A DNA stretch of 64,000 nucleotides, from contig NC_045710.1 of NCBI RefSeq assembly GCF_009834535.1, positions 32,860,001 to 32,924,000 of the forward strand, in the 5' to 3' direction. Under the pieces are notes generated by a model. The model was given only the letters and a program-made list of their open reading frames with translations, was not told the origin of the DNA and did not search any database. Of this stretch, positions 38,396-49,914 are shown piece after piece. The translations under genes and the position numbers were made by a program. This DNA is from Camelus ferus (Eukaryota). Position 1 is the stretch's first letter; the number at the start of each line of letters is the position of its first letter.

Positions 38396-39714
38396 CTTGG
38401 AAAGCCTCATGCATCCAGGCCTGCCTGACCCAAAGGCCACAGCTTTCTACCCGGTGTGCTAAGTGCCAGTGTGTAGCTGCCGGCCTGGAGATACGCAGCT
38501 TGCGGGGTGTTACTGATTCTGCAGTTCCAGCTAAGGGATATTGGGTGGGGGGTTCGTCACCAGAACTGCAGATTAGCAGCAGGTCACCTCTATCTCAGAG
38601 AGGCTGGTACTCTCTCCTGCGGTGGATCTGAATATTTGCCTTCCCCTTAAATAGGTAAACATATAACTGTTGACTGCTGATGTAGGCTGAGGAAGAATAC
38701 AGCTTGATTTTTCTTTAGCTCTGGAAAGACTTCCCGTGGTGACTTCAGATAGTCTTTGAGCTATCCAAGGCTTCATCCAGATGTGTGCCTTCCGCAGTAA
38801 CTGTTGCCTGGTGCATGTCTTGGAAGGAGGAAGAGGATGGACACCCTGAAAGGTCCCAGCGGACCTGAAAGTTCTCTGATGAGCCCAGGACTTGAGGAGG
38901 GCTGTCTGGCTTTTGTATGTTCTTCGGAGGCACTAAATTTGTACCCCAGCCCTATGCTCTTTGACTTCTAGGGTTCCCTCTCTCTTCCCTCCAAGCCTCT
39001 CTAGGCTCTGGATTCTGGAGGAACTGGTCCCGCACTGTGACCTCTGGGAGGAGAAGGTGGCTTAGCCCCTGTGCCCTCCGCAAATTTTACTTGGGGTGTA
39101 TAATCATGGATTACAGGTCAGACTTGTCACAATGATGCTTTATGTTTGAATATAACCTTTTACTTTTCTGGACACAGTCTTTGTTCCATTTTAGTCCTTC
39201 CACAACTCTGTGTCTGGAAGTGATGTGAATATTTTTAACACGAGGGTGCTGACCCCGGGAGAAGTGAAGTGCCTTCCCTAGAACAACAAAAGTAGGCAGC
39301 AGAGGTGGGGCAAGGGCAGAGTTTTTTCAGTCCCACTTCCATGCTCTTTCCTGCCTCCCACCGATAGCGCTGATGAGCTTTTATTTTTCCTAGAAAGGCC
39401 GGCAGCTCATACGTAGAGTTGCATGCACAACCAGCATTAGACGATGATTCTGCAGTTGATGGAGTTCCTTGGTGCATTGTATACCTGTGGCCAGCCTCCT
39501 CTAAGCCTCAGTCAAGGTCAGGGGCAGTCAGGGCCTCTCTCTGGGAGCCCAAGCCCCACCTGTCTGAGCTGGGCCTCTCGTCTTCGTGCTTGTTGGAGGC
39601 AGAGCAGTCCTTTCTAATGTGTTGCAGTTTGATTTGGAATTGTGCGTTCTTCTGCTTTCCCCTTTTAGAAGGGCTGGATTTAGCCCTGGCCTGCCAAATA
39701 CAAACACTCACTTC

Positions 39715-39910
39715 ATCTCGAGAGCTCTTTCCGTCCACCCCTCCTTCGGCAAGCTATTTACAGACTTGTCATCCCACCACGCGGGTCAATCCACCAGTGA
39801 AATGAAAGGAAGGAGAGGCCCCGAGCCAACGAATTTGGGCAGATGAGCCTTATATAACACGTGCTAAAAATATGCAGCTAATCGGAATGGAAAAGTGAAA
39901 AACGAATTGT
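39715..39910. promoter_or_regulatory. Candidate enhancer (CpG-retaining unique sequence)
   Basis: 10 CpGs in about 190 bp of non-repeat DNA, a CACGTG E-box and MEF2-like A/T boxes; function inferred only. Confidence 0.3.
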
Positions 39911-40289
39911 GCTTAAGCCTTAGCCTGAGACACCAGAGAGTGATGGGGAAACAGTTTCTCCCAGCGGAAGATGCCCATATATAAATCATTTTTCTCTGTG
40001 TGCACTTTCTTTTTGTGGCTTTTTAACCATGTTTAATTCCCATTCATCCCCCCGCCCCCACCAATAGGGAGCAGAAACCAAGACTAAGGGAGCATCAGAG
40101 AAAAGATGCAGAGAACTTCTGCCCCTTCAGAGCAGGAGGCGGTGTCTAAAGGTGTCGCCAGATGTTAGGATGGCAAATAGAGCTCCTACTTCTGACTTCT
40201 TTGGAAACCAAACACAGAAGACTCAAATTATCAAAGGGTCCTTTCTGCCCTGGAAATTGTTTAACATCCCTAAAACTGAAGGGAATACT

Positions 40290-40545
40290 GTTTCCTTCCG
40301 GCTCCATCCCCCTCTGTCAATTATCTCTTCTCCTGCTCTTATATCTTTCACTGCCTTTTCTCCTGGCTCCTTCCCCTCTGCCTGCAGCATGCTCCTTCCT
40401 CCCTTACTGTGCCATACTGGGAGGGTCTGCGTTTCCTGTAGAGCATGAGCACCCTGAGGGTGGGGCCTTGGTCTTACTCAGTACCCAGCAGAATGCCTGG
40501 TCCAAAGTGAGCATCAAATACTTGCTTGTTGAATAAATAAATCAC
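40290..40545 (+). mobile_element. L2 3' terminus
   Basis: gagcatgagcaccctgagggtggggccttggtc...cccagcagaatgcctggtccaaagtgagcatcaaatacttgcttgttgaataaataaat. Confidence 0.75.
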
Positions 40546-40809
40546 TCAGTGTCCAGTGAATGGATGCACCAAAGGGGACATGTTATGGTATCTGAAAAAT
40601 ACAGTGTGAAAGCTATGACCCATGCTCTTGCTCTTCGGGTCTGATGCTGGTCTCCTCTGGCAGTCAGATGACACTCCCATCCCCCTCATCAGTCACTTGA
40701 TGACTGTTCTGTGTGTCGCCCCACAGTGAGGGCAGGAGGACTCTAAAGATAGCTGGACAAGATGTAGTGTTTGGAGAGCACAGGGATTGAGAAGAGATTT
40801 GGAGGTGAC

Positions 40810-40915
40810 CTGGTGCTACTGATCAGTTTTAAAATGAGGCAGTGGAGGCCTAGAGTGTTCAGAAAATTTGACCCAAATGATATGGTTGGTGAGCAGCAGG
40901 TCCAGGCCGGTGCCT
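40810..40915 (-). mobile_element. MIR core fragment
   Basis: ttttaaaatgaggcagtggaggcctagagtgttcagaaaatttgacccaaatgatatggttggtgagcagcag. Confidence 0.55.
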
Positions 40916-41149
40916 GCTGGCTCATGTTAGATGTTCAATAAATCTTACAAACAAGCGTACGCTCAGTCTCTGGAACCCAAGTGTAGAGCCTTCCCTGGAC
41001 ACAACTGTGCCCCTCACTGGAGAGAACAGGAACACCCGTTGATCCCTGAGGCAGGGCAGCCCTCCCACACACAGGTGGCTCCAGGGAAAGCTCCCACTGC
41101 CCACCTTCCAACTTGAATGCCTGCATTTGCTCTGCGGAGAGTGGGCAGT

Positions 41150-41492
41150 TCCTCTGTAATGAACTCCCTGCCTTGTGATTAGGAATGTAGCACCATCACG
41201 ATCATTCACATGATTTACTCTACCTAGAATCTACCGCACGCATCTTTGGCTGACTCTAAGCCCTGTGACTGCCTAGAGCTGAGTCCCATTGATGAGAGGG
41301 CCACTCCACAACCTCCTGTGGCTGGGGTGTCCTGGGCTGCTCTGCTTTGCTCTTCCCATGGCTTGGGGTTGAGGTCCTCCTTGGAGTCCATGAGAATGTC
41401 CAGGGTCTTCCCAGTGAATTCCCCTTGGTGCTGAAGCAGCTTCTTTCGGTCTCTCGTCATTTGCAAATGAAAGAAACTGAACTGATCTGACA
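41150..41492 (+). mobile_element. Old MaLR LTR (MLT1I/J/K-like)
   Basis: 3' end ccagtgaattccccttggtgctgaagcagc...gtcatttgcaaatgaaagaaactgaactgatctgaca resembles the MLT1J/K terminus; 5' boundary uncertain. Confidence 0.6.
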
Positions 41493-42164
41493 TTGGGCTT
41501 AAGAAGAAGCAGGGCATCCAATTCCTCATTTATCTGGTAGAAGAACCGAAGCCTGGAGGGGAGTTCAGTGGCCCAGTGTCTCACAGGCAGAGGATGGTGG
41601 AGAGGGGACAGGATCTCAGTCCCAGGACTCCCCATCGAATGTCCACGGTATCCCTTCTGAGAATCACAACAGAGCTGGAGGATCCCAATGCCTGCCTCCT
41701 CCAACAGTAGGAGGGTCTCAGCAGGCACTGGGTCAGGGAAAGGAAAGGGACTGGATGGAGGGAGACCTGGGGAAGAGACTTGTAACACTAAGATGTGGCA
41801 TCGAGTACACATTTGTACTTAGACTTTTGTTGTGCTTTTTATAACCAGTCCCTGCCCCAACTAGGGTATCAAAATATTCAGGAGTTAATGGAACTTAATC
41901 AAGACTACAACTGTGAAATTAATCAAGAAGAAGCATCTGGCTCATGGAAAAAATGTGAGGCTGCAAAAAGTGTTCTCAGTGATAGGTTGGAAAGGTGTGA
42001 TGCATTCCCTCCGGGAGCTGGCTTCTGGAAGATTGAGGAAATGAAGCATGGAGAAGTACCCAGATCCCTCCTCCCACCTTCCTTTCTGCTTAGGATCAGA
42101 AGTCTACACGGGCTGTAGGAGAAGACAGCTACTGTCCTTGCCTGTGTGCTGCTGTGTTCCTCAG

Positions 42165-42305
42165 CTTTATCTCAGAATTTATTTCACCCTTACAGCAACC
42201 CTATGAGGTCACTGCTCTCCTCACTTGAAGTCTGCAAAGCAGAGGCCAGGGACATTATATAACCTGCCCAGGATCTGTTATGCTTCAAAGCCAAAGCTCT
42301 TTGTT
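42165..42305 (-). mobile_element. MIR SINE fragment
   Basis: atttcacccttacagcaaccctatgaggtcactg...agaggccagggacattatataacctgcccagg...cttcaaagccaaagctct. Confidence 0.65.
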
Positions 42306-43073
42306 TCTTATAAAGTTGTGCCTGGATAGAGAATCTAATATTTCTGAGTCCCTGGGTTAGCTGACAACACATTTAATTTATTGTATCGTTGACATATAAT
42401 TCTAGTTTTATGGTATGTGGTTACTGAACAAGTGGTTTTGATTGTTATGCTGTGGCTGGCCCTGGGCTAGTTCTGGTTTATACTAGAGAAATATCACCAG
42501 AGTCCCTGCTTTCAGGGAGCTTATAGTCAAGATGAACACTCATCAGACTTCTAAATAACAAAACAAGGCACCATGTCATTAGGTGCCAAGATGAATGACA
42601 CAGGTGGTAATACTTAACAGCATCTTCTGGTGCTGTCAGCTTGTTGACCTACATTTTGCCCACTCCTGAATGACTCCCTGATGGTGAATTTTATTCTAGT
42701 TGAAGCCAGGTGCATTATTTCGCTCCACCAGTGTTCCATTATGGCTTGACTTCCCCATGCTCTTGTGTCCTAAGTGTTCCCATCATTGAGTGCTTTACTC
42801 TATGCAGTGTTGCATATGACTGCTTTTGTTATTTTATGTCAGCTTTTTTATTGAAGTGACATATACACACAGAAAAATGCATAGCTCATAACTGAGCAGC
42901 TCACTGAATTTTCACAAAGTGAATATACCACGTGACCAGCATCCAGATGAAGAAGCAGAACATGCCCAACCTTCTCCATGCCCCCTTCCTGTCACTATCC
43001 CCTTTCTCCCACCATCTTGACTTCCAAGGGCATAGAATAGTTTTACTTGGTTTTGAACTTTAAATAGATAACA

Positions 43074-43296
43074 CAGTTAACTCTTGAACAACATGGATTT
43101 GAACTTCACAGGTCCACTTATACATGGATTTTTTTTCAACAAATACTACAGTACTACATGATCTGTGGTTGGTTGAATTTGTGGATACAGAACCACGGAT
43201 AAGGAGGGCCGACTACAGATTTTAAGCATCCATGGACTTTGGTATCCACTTGGGCTCCTGGAGCCAATCCCTCATGCAGATATTGAGGGATGACGA
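43074..43296. mobile_element. Tigger-family MITE (Tigger2a/MER2-like) nested in L1
   Basis: cagttaactcttgaacaacatggatttgaacttcacaggtccacttatacatggatttttttcaa...ggttggttgaatttgtggatacagaaccacggataaggagggccgact...tttggtatcc...ccaatcc...gagggatgac. Confidence 0.88.
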
Positions 43297-43740
43297 CACA
43301 CTCTTTTGTACCTGGTTTCTTTCATGCAACATTATGTTTATCAGATTCCTCCATGCTGCTGTGTGTAGTTTATTGATTTTCATTGCTGTAGAATTATGGG
43401 AATGTCTATCCATTCTACTATTGATGGGCATGTAGTTGTTTCCAGTTTAGAGGTAGTACAAATAACATTGCCATGAACATTCTAGCTTGCATCTTTCGGT
43501 CTACAAATGTACTCATTGGTGCTGCATGCATACCTAGGAATGGGATTGCTGAGTCATGAGGTGGCTACTGCCCAGCTTTAGTAGATACTGTCAGTGTTCC
43601 AAAATGGCTGTACTGGTTTACTCTCCCACCAACAGAGTCTGAAGAGTTGCTGCTCCACGACTCTGCCAAACTTTGGTATTGTTCACCTTTTCTCCATTTC
43701 CAGCTGTTTTAATGGTTGTGTTTCATTGTAATTTTTCTAT

Positions 43741-44135
43741 CTTTTTTTATTGTGGTAAAATATATGTAACATTCAAATTTACCATCTTTTACCATTCTTA
43801 AGTATACAGGTCAGTAGCATTAAGTACATTCATGTTTTTATGCAACCATCACTACCATCCATCTCCAGAACTTTTTTGTTTTTCCAAATTGACACTTGGT
43901 ACCTGTTAAACACTAACTCCGCATTTCACCCCTGACAACCACCATTGTGCTTTCTCTCTATGAATTTGACTATTCTGAGTGCTTCATGTAAGTAGAATTG
44001 TGTTGTATTTATCCTTTTGTGACTAGCTTTTTTCACTTGCATAATGTATTCAAGACTCATCCCTGTTATAGGTCAGAAATTCTTTTTAAGGCTGAATGAC
44101 ATTCCATTGTATGTATGTACCACAGTCTGTTGAAA
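43741..44135 (-). mobile_element. L1MB-type 3' end nested in the older L1
   Basis: A new poly-T tail, ttttttattgtggtaaaatatatgtaacattcaaatttaccatc...gcaaccatcactaccatccatctccagaac...gacaaccaccattgtgctttctctctatgaatttgact. Confidence 0.85.
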
Positions 44136-44859
44136 CATTTACCTTTCAGTTTCATTCTGATTTTAATTTGCATTTGTCTGCTAACTTTCCATTCCTCTTG
44201 AGCACTTTATATATGATTAGTAGCTGTTTGGCTATCCCCCTTTAGAAGTGCTTGCTCATGTCTTTTGCCCATTTTCCTATTGTCTGCCTTTTTCTTACTA
44301 ATTTGTAAGAGATCTTCATATATTCCAGATCTGAGTCTTTGTTGAATATATGAATTGCACGTCCCTTATTCAAATCTGTGGCTTGCCTTTTCACTCTTTA
44401 AGAATATATTTTGATGAATAGAAGTCCTCAATGACTGTAGTCCAACTTACCCATTTTTTTTCCCTTTATAGTTAGTGCTTTTTTGTGTGTTATGCTTAAG
44501 AAAGTGCTACCTACTCGAAGGTTGTGGTGTATCTACCTTTGTTTTCTTCCAAAAGCTTTATTGTTCTACCTTTCACCTAATATGTCTGCCTTTTCAATTA
44601 GGAGAAGTTTTCAATCCTAGGGAAACTGGGGTTTGCCGTGCAAACCTAGGGTTTGGGCAACACTGTAGTGAAGCCACATTAACTTGGGCAGGTGGTAACC
44701 GGCTCAGGTGATTGGTGGAAGCTTAGGGGCCAGCAGGTGTTCCGTGCTTGGGCATCAGATTTGGTTTTTTGAAGGGTTGCATATAAATTCTATCTAGCAA
44801 ATTTGCCCATATTATAAATGCTGAGTCTGCTGCTTTTCAGGCATTTCCACCAAAGTTTA

Positions 44860-45570
44860 GGAGGAATTCTCTTAACCTACTTCTGCTTTACAGACTTAGT
44901 GAATTCACCCTGCTTCCCATTCCTTCTGACACCCAAGAGCACACTTGAAAACTCTCATCTATAGCATAGCAGCCTGCTCTCTAGAACTCCCTGCACTTCT
45001 GTCTCCATCATTGTAGTTTCATAGCTATCAAAAGTCACTTATGTTTGTTGTTCTTCATATAATTACATGATTTTGATCCAATCTCATTTAACCTAATGAA
45101 ATAGCATGAAAGGAAAACGTTTCTCTGAAAACTAAGTTGAAAGTGTTAGAAAGAGTCACTGGGGATGAATTGCTAATAAAATCGCTGTTGAATTATGTGT
45201 GAGAGAGAAAATAGATTCCTGGAGGGGGAAGAGGGGTAGATAATAAGGTTCTAAAAAGATTCTCACGTCATATTGTTTACAGATATCTTTGTTTTTGCTC
45301 CACTATAAAGAAATTAGAAGCCGTAGATAATCCATTATCCAGGAGGGAGAGAATGCAGAACGGGAAACAAGAAGCATGCTCTTAAGACAAGATTTTGGCT
45401 TTGTTACTGGCCAATGGGTGTACATATTTTCAGATAAATGTTTGAAGTTTGGAGGTATAATGTCAGTTAAAATACTTTAAGTGTATGTGTGATTTTGACA
45501 TGAGTCTCTGCTTTAATTGACTCTTTATTAACTAAGCATTATTCTATTTATGAGCGATAAAAGGGTAGAA
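44860..45570 (+). mobile_element. Ancient Tigger element (Tigger15a-like) with a relic CENP-B-type helix-turn-helix
   Basis: 45108-45215 reads KENVSLKTKLKVLERVTGDELLIK and, after a frameshift, IAVELCVREK, like the pogo/Tigger N-terminus; degenerate cttaacc/ttaattgac subterminal motifs; length about 710 bp. Confidence 0.7.
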
Positions 45571-47384
45571 AGGAATGAATCCCTTCTCTCCTGCGGCCGT
45601 CCTCAAACTAGGAGCTTCTGTAGCGTACCGTTTCTGTCTTAAAAAAATCATAATAACAGTACGAAGGCTTCAAAATTTGCATTTTACACCATGTTTAAAA
45701 ATAGAATACAAAGAAATTCAAAATCTTCAAAGAAAACCACAGCTCAGCTGAATTCTTCTGTGGTAGGAGTTTGGGGATTGAGATCACCTTCTCCTAATGT
45801 ATCTGCTGGATCGGTGCTGTTGGAGTCCACAGTGATCTTTAACATCACTGTGCCTGTGACCTGGAGCCCTGGAGTGCAGGATTGCCCTCACCTTGCGGTG
45901 TCTGGTAATGCTGGATGTTAGGGCTGCTGGTTTCTCTCCTGGATGTGGACATGTGTATATGTGGTGGTGAAGATGCCGCGGCTTGTGGGTGTGGAGAACC
46001 TCCGTTCCAGAAGCTTGGCACTGCCCTGTTTGGGAGTCAGTCAGCATCTCAGGCTGGGTTCTCTCCCTCCTGAGCAGAGCTGGCAGGCACTAAGGGCAAG
46101 CATGCCTTTCATGCCAAGGACACCATGGTGATGCACTGAAGAACAGGCTGTTGCTTGACACCCTCGTCCTACCCCCGTCCTCCAAGGCTCTCCTTTGGAG
46201 GGGGGTGTTCATTTGCTTCCCCCATAGCAGGTTAGGTGGTTATTTTACTAGTACCTTTTGTGTATTAATTCAATTCTCCATCCCATCCCGCCCGCCTCCC
46301 TGCGTGTAATGACAGTAACCAGTGCCCCAGGCCACGATGCTGGGAAAGTGCTTAGGAAGTGAGGGGGAAACCTCTTTAGCGAGCACCCACACAGTTCTGA
46401 AACACCCAGGGCAATCAGCCTGAGTCACTGCCTTGGTGGCAGTGGGCCAAGCAAGGACTCATCCAGTAGTGCTTCTCTGCTCACCTACACGTCCTTCTCC
46501 TCCATCGTTGTTTCTTTACAGAGAGGAAGCCCGCAGGAAGCCCAGATTAAGGCATTGACTCATGCGCCCCCATGTGGCCATGGTGGGCAGGTATGGGAAA
46601 TGCGGCCCACGCCAGAGAATGTAGTCCACAGCCCCTGCACCCACCTTAAAAGCAGACATTTTGCATGATCTTTGATTGTTTATTGCTATTATTTTTAAAT
46701 TTTATTTTGCTATTATCTCATAAAATTGAAGCATCCTAAGGTCTTGTTCAACTCGAGTGGTGAGGCATGATTTTTGGATCTCATGGATTTTCTGAAGGTG
46801 TCAGGAATGCCCAGTTCTGGAAGACGTCCCCCAGCCCACAGCCTCTGACTGGTGTGTGTTTTTATTAAAAGGGACAGAGACAAAAGCTACAGCTTTGCCT
46901 GTCCCTTTTACACTTTCAGACTATAATCAATTAGCAGGCATTAGCCAAACACCTGCTAGGGCTGAGCTATCAAATTTCCAGCATCAAGACCAGTGTCTGA
47001 ATCTTGCTGGATCTTCTTTTACTGGTCCTGCAGGCAGTGATCATGAGAGAGAAATGTGCTCTCCAAGAGATTGAGCAACATGATCCTCTTTGGGTGGAAA
47101 AGATTCAACTCCATCTATATATTTTTTATCTACTCCTTTAAAATTTTTCCGTTTGTAGTTTTATAATGGTACTTCAATAAAAATACCTCGGTGTGGGGCA
47201 GATACTGAATTCCTTGATGCACCACCAAGGTCATTGGTAGGATACCTACTGTGACTTCCCGTGTTTCTTTGCCTGAGCTGACCTAAGCCACTATGTTATG
47301 GGGTAGGGGCAAAAACCTGATGGGCCCCCATTTTAGGTGATTTGATTTTTAGGAAAATTCCTTGTAGGTGTCCATCATTATTCC

Positions 47385-47560
47385 AACAGTAGCTACCATT
47401 CTTGAGGGCCTACTATGTGCCTGATACTTTGTAACGATTCCATTCTCAAGGTTACACTAACTTTGGAAGCAGATTTTTTAACACTTATTTAGAGATGAGG
47501 AAACTGAGGCTCAGTGAATGGCTGCAGGATCTCAGCACAGAACACAGGTCTCACTGGGCC
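47385..47560 (-). mobile_element. MIR SINE
   Basis: agtagctaccattcttgagggcctactatgtgcctg...atttagagatgaggaaactgaggctcagtg. Confidence 0.85.
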
Positions 47561-48499
47561 CCAGTTCCCTCTCCCCATTGTTGGCTTCTCCATGGTGAGA
47601 GTGAGCTCCATTAATGTCCTCCAACCCCCAAATCCACTCTCTCTCCTCCCCTAGTCCCCTGCCCCAATCCTCATGTATCCTCAGAGCCAGTGTAGCCCCA
47701 GAAGCAAAAACTGTAACCTCACACTGTAAGCATCTGCTCAGGAGAAAACCGGAGCTCTCCCCACCTCAGGGCAGGCTGAGAGGGCAATTTTCAGTCCTTT
47801 GAAGAGGTTGTAACAAATGCAAAATCCAATGTGGATGGCTCAGCTGAAGGAGATGCTGTTTGGCAATTCAATGCATCTTGTGGGCTTTTAAGAAGGATAA
47901 GTAGTTTATCCTCCAGGAAAGGGCACAATTGTGAAAGGTGGTGCTCTTCATAATGACTCTGGGAAAACGGGAGAGTTACAGGACTCTCCTGGGTGAACCA
48001 GAACCTCCATTCTCCCTTCCTACTCTACACCTGTCCTGAATTTTCCACGTGGCATCCTTGATGGCTGCTGGGTCCCTTTTAACATTGTGGTACCCATCCT
48101 TCCCACCCCTATCAGTTTTTTACAGCAGCTGTTTATTCAGGGAGCCAACTTTTTCTGGCCTCCAGTTTTCATTCTTTTCTAACTTACGGACTTGTCTTTT
48201 GCCTCAGCCTTGCCTTCTCCTGATTATTTAACCGTAAATTCATTGTATTGTTCCTTATTCAGCAACTTCTGGAACAGGAGGAACAGACGTACAAATCTGC
48301 TTAAACTGAGTAAGCGTATATTTACAAAACCATGCCTGTTTTCTTCCTCACTCTATTATAGTCTCAAGAACATCTCTCAAGTCATAATCTGTGATGTTGT
48401 GAACTCCAAGGGCAGAGGCTGGTCCTCTCACCCAGTCAGGCATGGTGGGCACCAGCATCTACAGGCCACTCCATCACTTACAGCTGTCTGTCCGCGTGG

Positions 48500-49330
48500 A
48501 GTCCCATGGCTGAGTCAGCATGCAGGAATCCAGCGCGGTAGGCTAATTCCCCACTGGCCTCAACCTCAGCCAGCCCCAGTGAAATCCAGCCTAGAGCACC
48601 CTGCCAGGGTGGAGGAGGTGCTGGACTGTCACTCTTCAAGTTGTTTCTTCTGGAAAATGTGAAAAGAAAAAGAAAAAAAAAAAAGACCTCTAGACATTAG
48701 ACTCCTCCAAGCCTCCTTCATATGGTCAGCACGGGTCCTTAGTGAAATAATGGATATCCATGTGTTTGGAGAAAGAGAAATTGGATAGAAGTGTGAAACG
48801 TTATTATTAAACATCTTACAAGTTTTTCTTGGTAGCGCCCCAGTGATGACGGACTAAGAGATGGGGTTGTGGAAAACCGGCCCCCCACCTTCCTCTGGTT
48901 TCACAATTTACATTCCCTTATTGAGCAGCCTTGCTGTCCGTGGTCAGGCCTTGGAGCTGACCTTTTTGCGGCCTCTTTCATCATTTTATACCGCACTGTC
49001 CTGGAGAGTAGAATCTGGGCACTCTCTTTCACTAGATTACTAAGGCTTTCAAGGAGACGCTTCCAACTCCATGTCATTAAGAGAAAATGCAATAACTTTT
49101 TTTTTAAGTGTTTTTCTTAAGTGATTCCAGTGGCCGTTAGCTAATGCACTTTTAAGTCATGATTGCTGTAAATTGTTGCGGGAATCTGCTGTCATTTCTG
49201 AGACGCGAGTGTAACCCATCCCCTCGCTTTGCTGGGCTGGTGGTGAACAGCCAGCAAGTACATTAAAAAAACAAACAAACATATGCACACACGCCCCTTC
49301 GCCCCCAGGTAACTTCAGAGTCTCCTCGCT
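48500..49330. promoter_or_regulatory. Candidate regulatory element (CpG-retaining, near-perfect MARE)
   Basis: About 16 CpGs in 48799-49328 and GGCTGAGTCAGCA at 48508-48520; no recognisable repeat; function inferred only. Confidence 0.3.
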
Positions 49331-49914
49331 TAGCTGACTTCATGTTTTAGAACTCATCTCTGCATCTTCCTGGTGGTTTCCATTTGTCCCTTATTTATTG
49401 GTTCCTAGAAATTGGCATTGGCCATGCAAATTGAAGCTTGTCCTTATGTGCAAAGAACACAGAACCCATTTCCAGCCCATTGCCTGGCATTTGCTTTGAG
49501 TAATCCATTGCTGACCCTTGGGTTGTGTGTCTAGGAAAGGGGTGAGAAGCCGGATTAGGGGCCATGGTGGTTCAGCAGTGTGCCGTCCAAAGAAGAATTT
49601 GCATACAGTGTGGGCTAGGCAGGATGAGCCCCTGGGAAATGGGAAACAAATCATAGACCTTCCTTTTGTATCCTGTTTTCTTACCTAAGAAACAGGAAAA
49701 TGATTTCATTTCATATTTAATATATGGATTACTAGTACTACATGTTTATCATTAGAAAATAAACCTGTACATCAAAAAGCTTTTTCTGATATTTGCAGTC
49801 AAAGATATTTGAAGACCTTTGCCTTAGTCGATCCAACTAGGTCCAGGGAATGGAAGAAGCAGAGAGCATGTTTATCAGAGCAAGAGTGAAGGTGATTACT
49901 TGTGTCCAAGGCCA

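Larger units (their letters stand above)
42838..44600 (-). mobile_element. Old L1 (L1MC/L1MD-like) 3' region hosting two nested insertions
   Basis: tttttattgaagtgacatatacacacagaaaaatgc...ttccagttt...tacctaggaatgggattgctgagtca...gtcttttgcccatttt...tctgtggcttgccttttcactc; the consensus resumes on both sides of each insert. Confidence 0.9.

Noticed and set aside
41273-41812. Longest ORF in the window (179 aa)
   Set aside because: Half of it is antisense to an old MaLR LTR, with no recognisable domain or splice context.
31890-47560. Strand bias of MIR elements as evidence for host-gene orientation
   Set aside because: A local run of minus-strand MIRs exists, but across the window MIR and L1 orientations are mixed, so no direction can be inferred.
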